64,000 nt of DNA, from the sequence record OR836606.1; one strand, given 5' to 3'. Below, piece after piece: positions 1 through 9,900 of this stretch; position 1 is the first letter of the stretch, and each line of letters opens with the position of its first letter. The DNA comes from Staphylococcus phage LY01. The notes beneath the pieces are model-generated. The model did no database searches. It was not told the DNA's origin and saw only the letters and a program-made list of their open reading frames with translations. A program made the position numbers and the translations under genes.

Positions 1-84
1 CCATTTACACTTAATAATGATGGTTTAAGAACTCTACCACATCTATTTTACAAAAAAGGTTTTTCACGTAAATTTCAAGGTAAA

Positions 85-1596
85 ATGTATTTTAAACCGG
101 GGGAAAGGTATTTATTTGCGCCTTTACAAAATGGTATGTCTAAATTAAAAATAACAGACCGAAAAGGTTTTAATATAATTAATGCTACAGAGAACTATCA
201 ATTTAAAGCACCTACAGCTATATTTGATTTAAGAAAAGCTAATGATGAAGATGTAAGTCATTCTAATCTTGAATCAACAAGATTATCTTCAGTAAGTTTT
301 AATCAAGAAACCGGTTTATATGAAGTTAAAGGAGATATTTTAAGTAAATCTGATAAAGAAGATGAAAATTCTGCATCATTTGTTAAAATAACTTTAGATG
401 ATGAAAATGAAAATCCTAGAATGAATATTAAACGTTTATTAAATTATGATTTCTTTGCATTTAATATGGGGTATTCTACGAACTTTAAAGATAATAATCA
501 CCCTACGGCTAAATTAGTTTATGATATCACATTAACATCAAATACTGGTAAAGTTAAAAAAGTAAAGAATATATTCCCTTCAAATAATAAAAATTATAAC
601 ACACAAGGTCAAAAATCATATCTTAAACATATGATGTACAATATAAAGAATATTAAGAAAATGGAAATAGAAGTTAAATTAACAGATTTCATTGATAATG
701 TTGATCCAAATGAAATAATTCAAGTTAGTTTAGATGAATTTGAAATTGCAGGAGTTAGTCATAAAGAATTCGATAATACATTTATTGTAACTAAGGAAGA
801 TTGGTATAATATCGAGCTAGAATATAATTATTCACTTAAAAATCCAGATGGGTCGGATTATTTCTATGATGAAAGTAGATCAGGAATATATTTTAATCCT
901 ATGATAGTTGCATTGAGATCATATGGTACATTTCCTGTAAAAACTCAAACTTATACTGGATTTTATAATAAAACTTTATCTAAACAATCGTTAGGTAATT
1001 ATGGGTATATTAGTTTCATGGAAGGAACAACTAAATTTGATGATGACGCATTGAACTATGTGTATAGTCAAAACTTTAAATTCCCTAAAAATTACATTAT
1101 GACATTTAAATTAATTAATAAGAATAAAACTGGCGGAGCAGGAATTGTATTCGATTATAATACTCAACTTAATTCAGGTTATATGTTTTGGATATCTTCT
1201 CAACAAGAAAATTGGGATGTTCCTTACTTTGATTTGAATGATGAAGATGTTATGACAGATCCTGACCGTATCATGAAAACTGGTTTCTATGAAATTGATA
1301 AAGTATTTGGAAAACCTAAAGAATTATTCCAAGATGAATCAGAAAAACAATTATTTGTTACTAATCACGTTCCATTGGATATTAATAATAAATATATTAA
1401 AATAATTAAAAATGAAAATAGAATTAGAGTATTCATAGATAAGAATAAAAATTTTAATTACCGTAAACCAGATATCGATATTAAAGATATTGAAAATATC
1501 AATATGGAAGGTAAAATGGGTTTCATTTCTGCATTTTCAGGTTTAGAAGTCCAATTCGATAGTTATTATGAATATAAAGATAAATATGATGACTAA
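85..1596 (+). CDS. hypothetical protein (503 aa), possibly virion/structural
   Basis: Long ORF with no stops, followed by a hairpin and T-run terminator. No recognisable catalytic motifs. Confidence 0.5.
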   Translation: MYFKPGERYLFAPLQNGMSKLKITDRKGFNIINATENYQFKAPTAIFDLRKANDEDVSHSNLESTRLSSVSFNQETGLYEVKGDILSKSDKEDENSASFVKITLDDENENPRMNIKRLLNYDFFAFNMGYSTNFKDNNHPTAKLVYDITLTSNTGKVKKVKNIFPSNNKNYNTQGQKSYLKHMMYNIKNIKKMEIEVKLTDFIDNVDPNEIIQVSLDEFEIAGVSHKEFDNTFIVTKEDWYNIELEYNYSLKNPDGSDYFYDESRSGIYFNPMIVALRSYGTFPVKTQTYTGFYNKTLSKQSLGNYGYISFMEGTTKFDDDALNYVYSQNFKFPKNYIMTFKLINKNKTGGAGIVFDYNTQLNSGYMFWISSQQENWDVPYFDLNDEDVMTDPDRIMKTGFYEIDKVFGKPKELFQDESEKQLFVTNHVPLDINNKYIKIIKNENRIRVFIDKNKNFNYRKPDIDIKDIENINMEGKMGFISAFSGLEVQFDSYYEYKDKYDD

Positions 1597-1609
1597 AAGC
1601 AGTATAATT

Positions 1610-1650
1610 GAGGTAATGACATATAATTTGTCATTACCTCTTATTTTTTG
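1610..1650 (+). terminator. rho-independent terminator
   Basis: Perfect inverted repeat GAGGTAATGACA / TGTCATTACCTC followed by TTATTTTTTG. Confidence 0.6.
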
Positions 1651-1662
1651 CTAAATCAACTT

Positions 1663-1887
1663 TTATTTCATATTTTTTCTAACTAAATAATCTTTTATTT
1701 CTTTAATGTCATATTTTTTAGATACTTCAAACATAAGTTCTCTAAGTTCTTTTAATTCTTTTTCTAGAGAATATTCTTCTTTATCTTTTAATATATCTTT
1801 TTCTACTTGCTTAGCGAATCTAAGTTGCATTCTTGAATAAAGTTCATCCATAGAAGAACCATTATCATTAAAAATATCTGGATTCAT
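1663..1887 (-). CDS. small coiled-coil protein (74 aa), member of a tandem paralog set
   Basis: ORF on the minus strand. K/E-rich heptad-like composition. C-terminal ...NMK resembles the ...ENLK ends of neighbouring small ORFs. Confidence 0.4.
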   Translation of the reverse strand: MNPDIFNDNGSSMDELYSRMQLRFAKQVEKDILKDKEEYSLEKELKELRELMFEVSKKYDIKEIKDYLVRKNMK

Positions 1888-1892
1888 AACTG

Positions 1893-2174
1893 TTATTTCC
1901 CTCCATTTTTATATAATAATCTATTATATCGGGATTTTATGCTTCTGTTATTAATTTTTTCTTTAGATAAAGCTTCTTTTAGCTCTTTAATTTTTCTTTC
2001 TTTTTCTTTATTATCTTCAACAACTTTACTAGCCAAAGATAAAGCTTTATCAACTCTATTATTTAAATTATAAAATTTCTCTTCTGCTTTCTTAGTTCTA
2101 GCTATAGTTTTCTTTACCGTATTGATAAATTCTTCTGAACTAATTATTCTTTTAATAGCATTCATATACTTCAT
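1893..2174 (-). CDS. small coiled-coil protein (93 aa)
   Basis: ORF tightly packed with neighbours on the same strand. K/E-rich. Confidence 0.4.
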   Translation of the reverse strand: MKYMNAIKRIISSEEFINTVKKTIARTKKAEEKFYNLNNRVDKALSLASKVVEDNKEKERKIKELKEALSKEKINNRSIKSRYNRLLYKNGGK

Positions 2175-2178
2175 TCCT

Positions 2179-2454
2179 TTATTTAAGATTATCTCTGATA
2201 AAATTCTTTAAATACTTTTTAGTTACTTCAGAATGTGAATTTAATTCGTTAGAAAGACGAACTAATTCTAGTTTCACTTCATTCAATTTCTTTTCATTAG
2301 TTTGATTAGAACTTTCTATTCTATTAATTAATGTACATATGATATCATTTAAATAATGATAATTATCTTTCATAGTATTTAATTTAATTTCATTCATTCT
2401 AGTACGTTCTTCTAATTCGTCCATACGCTTAATTAAACTTTTTTCATTATTCAA
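2179..2454 (-). CDS. small coiled-coil protein (91 aa), paralog family
   Basis: Ends ...NFIRDNLK, similar to the C-terminal IVKENLK motif of ORFs 2475-2723 and 3191-3379. Confidence 0.4.
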   Translation of the reverse strand: MNNEKSLIKRMDELEERTRMNEIKLNTMKDNYHYLNDIICTLINRIESSNQTNEKKLNEVKLELVRLSNELNSHSEVTKKYLKNFIRDNLK

Positions 2455-2474
2455 AATAAAATCACATCTCTTTA

Positions 2475-2723
2475 TTATTTAAAGTTTTCTTTAACAATTT
2501 CGTTAGACAATTTATTTATATAATCATTCTTAAATTCTGTATGCTTAGAAATTGACACTATTGCTTCTTTAAGAAGTTTATTTTCTTTTTTAAGATTTTC
2601 ATTATATGCATAAAGATTATTTACAGCTTTATTTAATTTTTCAATTTCAAAATTAAGACGATCTAAATTAGCTATGCTCCTAAATTCAATAGTTTTCAAT
2701 TTTTCTTTAATTTCTTTATCCAT
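2475..2723 (-). CDS. small coiled-coil protein (82 aa), paralog family
   Basis: Ends ...NEIVKENFK, shared with 3191-3379 (NEIVKENLK). Confidence 0.4.
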   Translation of the reverse strand: MDKEIKEKLKTIEFRSIANLDRLNFEIEKLNKAVNNLYAYNENLKKENKLLKEAIVSISKHTEFKNDYINKLSNEIVKENFK

Positions 2724-2735
2724 TTTTAATCACCC

Positions 2736-3191
2736 TTATTTAATTAATTTAAATAAATTACGTCCAAATTCCTTATACTTTTTATTTTCTAATATACTGA
2801 AATCAACTAAGCTGCTATCAACTCTAAGTAAATATATTGAATCATCTTTTTTATTTTTATTATTTAATATAAAACTTCCAAAATAGATATTACCTTCATT
2901 AGGTTTTTCTTTTTTAACGTTTACTGCATTTTCATTAAATTCAAATTTATAAATGAAACCTAGTAATTGTATTGGACCGTTTTTAAATATATGATAATCG
3001 AAATTATTTTCAAATTTATGGTCTTCATTATTAATTTTCTCAATTAATTCATCTTTAATAACTTCATTATAAAAAGATTCATCCACTTGACTTAATGGCC
3101 TTAAATATGATTCTTCATCTACCTTTGGTTCTAACATTTTAATTTTTTGATCTAAAGTTAATTCTTTGGCAATAACTTTTTCATTTGACAT
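2736..3191 (-). CDS. hypothetical protein (151 aa)
   Basis: ORF in the same operon-like block on the minus strand. Confidence 0.45.
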   Translation of the reverse strand: MSNEKVIAKELTLDQKIKMLEPKVDEESYLRPLSQVDESFYNEVIKDELIEKINNEDHKFENNFDYHIFKNGPIQLLGFIYKFEFNENAVNVKKEKPNEGNIYFGSFILNNKNKKDDSIYLLRVDSSLVDFSILENKKYKEFGRNLFKLIK

Positions 3192-3379
3192 TATTTTAAA
3201 TTCTCCTTAACAATTTCATTTACTATTTTATTTAATTCCTTTTCATCATAACCACTATTCTTTTTAATATTAATTATAAATTTTTTTAATTCTTTATTTT
3301 CTTCTTTTATCTTATTTGTATAGAAATTATCTATGCTCATGGAAATACCTTTTGAATTTACGTTTATAATTGAAGACAT
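3191..3379 (-). CDS. small coiled-coil protein (62 aa), paralog family
   Basis: C-terminal NEIVKENLK motif shared with 2475-2723. Confidence 0.4.
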   Translation of the reverse strand: MSSIINVNSKGISMSIDNFYTNKIKEENKELKKFIINIKKNSGYDEKELNKIVNEIVKENLK

Positions 3380-3391
3380 CTTAAATTCCCC

Positions 3392-3655
3392 TTACATGAA
3401 TTTTTTATTTAAATCTTTATAAATTAATTTTTTTAATTCTTTTCTATCATATTTATTTTCTTGATATAGTTTAAAAAGGAAACGATTGAGTTCCCTATTC
3501 TCTTCTTTAAGTTTATTAATCTCATCAATTTTATCTCGCCCTGATAAATTTCTACCTATACTATTTATATTTTTAGAAATATTATTCATTGCTGCTTGTA
3601 AATGATTTTTATTAATTTTACTACTCGCATTATTATTATTATTATTATTATCCAC
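3392..3655 (-). CDS. small N-rich/coiled-coil protein (87 aa)
   Basis: ORF with poly-N tract. Similar E/K-rich architecture. Confidence 0.35.
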   Translation of the reverse strand: MDNNNNNNNASSKINKNHLQAAMNNISKNINSIGRNLSGRDKIDEINKLKEENRELNRFLFKLYQENKYDRKELKKLIYKDLNKKFM

Positions 3656-3675
3656 TTATATCATCCTTATACATA

Positions 3676-4902
3676 TTATTGAACTACAATCAAATTCTTT
3701 TTAGCACGAGTGATAGCTGTGTATAATGACTTAAATCTATCTTTACTCATATTTTCACTAAATACTATTACATTATCAAATTCAGAACCTTGAGATTTAT
3801 GAATAGTGATTCCGTATGCAAAATTAAATGGATTTACTTTCATACCAAAATCAGACATCTCAGTTACATATCGTTTCTTAAATATTTTATTAATTTCATT
3901 ATCTCTGTGTCTTAGATCAAATAATTCTTGTTGATCTCCAATAGTGCCTTCAAAAATTAAATCATCATAATATATTCTACTAAATCTTTCCTTTTCAAAA
4001 CCTTTAGGTTTAAAATCCATTTGAGTTGATTTAGTCATAGGTTTTTTCTTACCAGATCTAGTTATATTTCCAATTAGACCGTTAGTTAAATATTGAGTTA
4101 TATCACCTTCATTAACTACTTTAGACCAATTATTTTTTAAACACATAATTTTTTCATCCTCTTTAGGGAATGGATTATTTTCAACATCGATATTTAATAT
4201 TTGACTTCTATAGAATCTATTAAATTGATCTACCGTTCTATTATAGCTCATTAAAACTTGATCTGCATTCTTATACATGTCTAAAGTTAATTCATCTGAA
4301 GTAATTACATGTACATTATCTCCATAAGAACCGTATTCTAAATCTTTACCATTACGAACTAAATTAGCTGCAACAAGTATAGGATTATCTAATGACTGTC
4401 TTACTGGTTCATCTAAGAATATGTCAGGTTTATCTAATAATTCATTTCTTCCTGATAAGCTTTTAAGCTGTGCGGGGTCTCCTAAACAAAGTATAGGTAT
4501 ACCAAAACTTTGAATTTCTTCTATCATCTTCATAGGAACCATTGAAACTTCGTCTATGATTATTAACTTAATATCACTTGGTAACTCATCTTTTAATGTA
4601 AAATTTACTTTACCAGTTTTCTCATCCATAAAATGATTATAAATAGTTCTATGGATTGTAGTTGCATTTAATCCTCTTTTGACTAACACACCTGCAGCCA
4701 TTCCTGTATATGCTATAAAAGAAACATTAGCTTCATGTAAACCTAAAGAATCGATTATTTTAGTCATTGTATAGGACTTCCCACTTCCAGCGATGCCTGA
4801 TAATACAAAAGGTCTATGACTATCATTATTATACCATTCTTTAGCTAATCTTAACCCTTCTTCTTGTTTTTTATTTAACCCCATTATCTTAATACACCTC
4901 AA
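3676..4902 (-). CDS. SF1 DNA helicase, Dda/RecD-like (408 aa)
   Basis: Walker A GIAGSGKSYT and Walker B IIDEVSM. C-terminal GITIHKSQGSEFDNVIVF motif typical of the RecD/Dda/Pif1 family. Confidence 0.75.
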   Translation of the reverse strand: MRCIKIMGLNKKQEEGLRLAKEWYNNDSHRPFVLSGIAGSGKSYTMTKIIDSLGLHEANVSFIAYTGMAAGVLVKRGLNATTIHRTIYNHFMDEKTGKVNFTLKDELPSDIKLIIIDEVSMVPMKMIEEIQSFGIPILCLGDPAQLKSLSGRNELLDKPDIFLDEPVRQSLDNPILVAANLVRNGKDLEYGSYGDNVHVITSDELTLDMYKNADQVLMSYNRTVDQFNRFYRSQILNIDVENNPFPKEDEKIMCLKNNWSKVVNEGDITQYLTNGLIGNITRSGKKKPMTKSTQMDFKPKGFEKERFSRIYYDDLIFEGTIGDQQELFDLRHRDNEINKIFKKRYVTEMSDFGMKVNPFNFAYGITIHKSQGSEFDNVIVFSENMSKDRFKSLYTAITRAKKNLIVVQ

Positions 4903-5228
4903 TCAAATTTATTATATTTTTAAACGTCATTGATCTTTAATTAATATAAATTGGTTATTCAGATTTTATAAAATTTTTACTTATAAATTTTTAAAATTCT
5001 GTACTAATATATTACTTATATTAGTAAGTAATTATAAATTTAATAATTAGTATTAATATAAATATTATTAATAAATATATTTTTAATTAATAAAATATAT
5101 TAATACTTTGGATCATAGAAAACTCTAATAATAAAAATTTATAAACTTCAATTAATAATATAAATATATATTATTTTAATGGAGTTAGTAAGAATATTAA
5201 CTTCAAATAATTTTATATAAGGAGAGAT
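4903..5228. promoter_or_regulatory. AT-rich divergent intergenic region (likely promoters) with palindrome TACTAATATATTACTTATATTAGTA
   Basis: 326-bp non-coding gap between divergently oriented genes. Perfect palindrome around 5003-5027. Motif AATAAATATATTTTTAATTAATAAA also occurs in the tandem repeats near 53190. Confidence 0.3.
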
Positions 5229-6119
5229 TTGGATATGGCAATTACAAGAAAGAAAATTACAAAAGAAAAAGAGGATTTAACTGTATTAGAATCGGCTAAG
5301 ATCAAATTATCAGAGGAACAAGGATATGAGGGAGATACAATTACATTTGATATCGAAACTATTCCAGAGAAATATGACAGAAAGAATTTAGTTTTAATCC
5401 CTGAAGATGATAATGTTATTAAGATTAATTATGATAAAAAAGAAATTTTCATCAATTCAGATGAACTTAAAGATGTTGAAATTAATCTTAAAGATATTCC
5501 AACAGAAAGTTCTTATGATAAAGTAACTGTAACAGCTTCAGGTATAAATCCAGAAAAAGCAAAAGAAATTAAGCAAAAAGAAACTAAGCAAGAAGAAGTT
5601 AAAGAAGAAGTTAAGAATCCAGTATTAAAAGAGAAAAAACAAAGTACAAAAGCTAAATCAAATCAGAAGGTTGGTAAAAAGAAAATGACTAATAAAAAGA
5701 AGAATGTTAAAAAATTCAGTGAGAAATCTTATACTAAAGAAGAACTTATTAACGACTTATTATTAAATCTAGAAGAGAATGAATATTCTAAAAAAGAATT
5801 AAGTGATATTATTAATAAAATTGATGAACTTAGAGAAAATGCATTAGTTAAAGGTAAAACAGTAACTATGAAAAATGTACATTTCTCTCGTAAATTAGTT
5901 AAAGGTCGTATTCATAACGCTAAAATGGAAACAATTAAACAAGCATCATTTGTACCACCTCATATTGCTATGGTAGCTAAAGTGGAAAATGAAGATAAAA
6001 AAGTAATTAAAGGTGAAGAAATTAATAAAGATAACTTTAAAACAGATGATGGTAAAGATATTAAAGTTTCAGATGTCAATGCCAAATATGAAGAAGAATA
6101 CAAAAAACGTTTTAGATAA
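5229..6119 (+). CDS. hypothetical K/E-rich protein (296 aa)
   Basis: ORF with GGAG-like RBS (aaggagagatttggATATG). Confidence 0.5.
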   Translation: MDMAITRKKITKEKEDLTVLESAKIKLSEEQGYEGDTITFDIETIPEKYDRKNLVLIPEDDNVIKINYDKKEIFINSDELKDVEINLKDIPTESSYDKVTVTASGINPEKAKEIKQKETKQEEVKEEVKNPVLKEKKQSTKAKSNQKVGKKKMTNKKKNVKKFSEKSYTKEELINDLLLNLEENEYSKKELSDIINKIDELRENALVKGKTVTMKNVHFSRKLVKGRIHNAKMETIKQASFVPPHIAMVAKVENEDKKVIKGEEINKDNFKTDDGKDIKVSDVNAKYEEEYKKRFR

Positions 6120-6133
6120 GACCAATTAAAAAT

Positions 6134-6802
6134 ATGGGGGAATTGTCAATGAAACATTTTTATAAGAAAAGAGAATCTATTGAATTAGATTTAAAAGCTA
6201 TGTATACAAATCATGTAGATGTAATTTCTCGTTACGATTTTGGTGATGAGGAGTTACATCAAATGGTAGATAGATTCATACCTCAAATAGTTGAAGAAAT
6301 TCATGAATTCAATTATGAAATAAATCAAATTACTAATAATCCTGAATGCAATCAATCTCGAAAGTTTGAATATATTAATAATGCATCAAAAGAATTATTA
6401 GATATTGTCCTTTACTTAATATCTATCAATTCAACATTATTAAGTAAGTATATGGACAATAAATTTCTTCAAAAAGATATTATCAATTATAATGAGACTC
6501 TCCTTTTAGCTAACGATAAAAGTATTAATGATTATAATAGACTTAATGGTATTAAAATGAAATTGAATGAATATTTAGTTGAATATATGGGATTGATTAG
6601 ACGTTCATTACCTAATAGAAAATATCATCAAGATAAAGAAGAAATTAGTCAAGAAGAACAAAATAAAATAGTGAATAATTCATTTTATATCACTCACAAA
6701 ATGATCGTATCTTTATTAGATACATTATTTACTAATTTAGTTTATACTAAAAATCTAGATGATGTATTGAATAAAATACAAGATGTAGTTAAAAATAAAT
6801 AA
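6134..6802 (+). CDS. hypothetical protein (222 aa)
   Basis: ORF immediately downstream of 5229-6119. Terminator follows. Confidence 0.5.
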   Translation: MGELSMKHFYKKRESIELDLKAMYTNHVDVISRYDFGDEELHQMVDRFIPQIVEEIHEFNYEINQITNNPECNQSRKFEYINNASKELLDIVLYLISINSTLLSKYMDNKFLQKDIINYNETLLLANDKSINDYNRLNGIKMKLNEYLVEYMGLIRRSLPNRKYHQDKEEISQEEQNKIVNNSFYITHKMIVSLLDTLFTNLVYTKNLDDVLNKIQDVVKNK

Positions 6803-6807
6803 TATTA

Positions 6808-6875
6808 ATTCATCCTAACACATTTAGTCCTTAACTGGATTATTTGTGTTAGGATGAATATTTTATTTTTTTTTT
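6808..6875 (+). terminator. rho-independent terminator
   Basis: TTCATCCTAACACA ... TGTGTTAGGATGAA stem followed by a long T-run. Confidence 0.6.
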
Positions 6876-6954
6876 ATCTTTTAATTTAATCTATATGATT
6901 CTGATAGAAACATATATGTATTAAGAAAATCATGTTAGGGGGGAATTATGAAAC

Positions 6955-9900
6955 TTGGCTAAAAATAATAAAAATAAAAAGAATATTAGACAATTAGAAA
7001 ATAACAATAAATCAACTGTTATTAAAAATTCTTCTAAAAATACCGGCCGTATTCTTTTTAATGCGTTTATAAAATCTAACCCGTCATTAGATGCTATAGT
7101 GGGAGATTCAGGTTTAAAATTATTTAACAATGATGAAAGAAGATTAAAAAATTTTTCTGAAGTTAAAGGTTCTACTAATGATCTAATAAAAACTTTAAAA
7201 AATAAATCTAATGAAAACGATCTTTTTTCAAGTAGTAATGAAAAATTATCTAATGAAAAACCTGAATATGAATCAGTAACAGAATATATTGATAATCCTG
7301 ATGGAACTAAATCTGAAATTGTTAGTCTGTCAGATAAAAAGAAATCTAAAATAACAAATTCACCTCTAATAGCGATGAATAATTTGGCTGAGATAAATCA
7401 AAGAGGATTTGTTGGAACGAATATTGCAATGAACAATTATTCTCTATCAATACAAGCAACTAATAGCCTTATATATTCAGCCTTATCAAATTTAAGTACA
7501 ATACAAAATGGTATATATCAAAATACTCTAATGGAAGAAAATACTAAAAGAGATAAACAATCTAAATTACAATCCATAATAAATGGAAATATTAGTTTAT
7601 TAAAATATTTAGATGAGAAAACTAATCCTGAAAATTTATTAATGGGTATGATGACCGGAGAACAACTTAAATCAATGTTAATGGGAGTAGCTAAAAACCC
7701 TATTGAATTTGCTGCAACTCAAGGAGCTAAAATTGCATTTAATAAACTTCTATATGGTGATATTGGCGGGTATGATCCTGAAGGTAGTAATAAAAACATA
7801 TTTAACAGATTGAATAAAAGATTTGATCCTCAAAATATAGGATCTATGCTTATTAATAGAAATCTTGTTGAAGATAATAAACTTACTAAAGGTTTAGAAA
7901 GATTAACCGGTAATGATAATAAGTATATATCTAATTTAGGAAATGCTCTTTCAGATAGACTAAATCAATTAAAAGAAGAAGTATTGGGTGACGGTAAGGG
8001 CAGTATTTCTCTAAAAAATAAACGTAAAAAAGATACTCCGGTTCAATTTGATATGGAATCTCATACGTCTATTAATAAAGTTATACCGGACTTCTTATCT
8101 AGAATTCAAGGTAATTTGATAGCTAAAAAAGAAGGTCGTTCAGGCGGATTAGCAGATAATGCTGAATTAGGTAGTATTTATAATTATCGAAAAGGTATTT
8201 GGGAAAATCGAAGATCTGCTAAGAAAAATGCATTAGATGAAATTAAATCAGAATCTTTATTCAATTTTAAAGATACTTATTTAGGTAAAGAATTATTATC
8301 TAAATTAGATAATGATGAAGAAAGAACTAAAGAAGTTTTAACTGAATTAACTAAAATAGACAAACCTATTAAAGAAATTTCTAAACTTAAAGAGATAATT
8401 AATCAAAAAAATATAAATGTTAGCACTGAATCATTATCGGAAGTGTTTGAAAAGAATTCAGCTAAATTCAATACTGATTTATTCAATATTAAGAAATCTA
8501 TTTCAAATACTCTTGATAAAAAAGATAATTCAAGAATAATGTCATTTACTGAAATAGAAGGTTTAAATAAATCTAATTCAACATATTCTAGATCTAACAA
8601 TGATGATGATATTAATCAGATTAAAGATTTTGGCAATATTAACTGGGAAAATAGTGATTTAGAAGAAATTAAAAATATTTTCTTAGAAATAGAAAGAAAA
8701 TTAAATAATGACTTCAGTAGCGGTAATATTAATAATAATAAAGAATTTATTAATAATAAAGTCGATACAATCAATAATATTATAGACAAAGGCAAAATTT
8801 TCTCTGTTTTAAGTGGGAATAATGAATCTCATGCTTCTGTAATGGATAAGTTAAATAGTCTTTCTAATGCAGTTAATAAAGCTAAAGAATATAAAGAAAA
8901 TCCTACAAGTGCTATTAAAGATATAGCCTCTTCCTTAACTAACAGTGTCAGTCTTCCTCAAGAAAACAACCAATTAATGCGAAATAATGAATATCAATAT
9001 CAAAATGTAAATCATCAATCTAGCATTATAGATAATAATCCAGTAATGGATTTAATGAATAATATTCCCGTCTTAAATAGTTTAACGATTAATAACAATG
9101 AAGCTAATAAAGATGCTTACATTAAAGAACCAAGTAAAACTATAGATGATTTAACCAAAGAAGAAAAAGAAAAGAAAGCTAAAAGCACGATAATTGATTT
9201 AGTTAACACTGCTTTTGGTAATGACCCAACTATTAAAAAAGATATGGAAGATTCCCAAGATACTGGAGCTTTAGAAAGAATGAAACAAGGTCTTTCAACT
9301 GCTGATGCTGGAAAACTTGGAGAAAATGTTATGTCTACAATGACTGGGTCTAGTAAGAAAGAAATTGCTGAATCTATTAGAGGTAATATAAACTTTGGAA
9401 AAGGCGGAGAAGCTGAGAAATCTATTGGCACTAAAAAGATGATGAACGGAATGCTTGATTTTAGTAAAATGGGACCAGTTTTATTTGCTGGAACTTCTGC
9501 AGCTGTATTAGGTTCATTAATGAAAGGTAGAAATAGTAAGAAAGATTTAGAAGTCAGTGAAAAAGGATTTTTATCATCTGCTGGAGGATTTTTAGGTAAC
9601 GCCGCTATGCTAGGTGCTGGAGGATTCTTGGCTGCTAAATTTGGTCCTAAACTATTATCTAAATTATTACCGGGTGGAGTAGGTAAATTCTTCACTAGTA
9701 TGCCTGGTATGTTAGGTAAAATAGGCGGCGGAATTAAAAATATAGCTGGGAAATTTGGATTAGGAAAATTATTTAGAGGTATTAAAGGTGCTCCTAAAAA
9801 AATAGGTAACGTATTTAAAGGTATTGGAAAATTTGCTAAAGATAAACTACCTACTGTTAAGTCTTTAGGTAAAATGGTTATAGGTAAAGGTGCAGGATTG

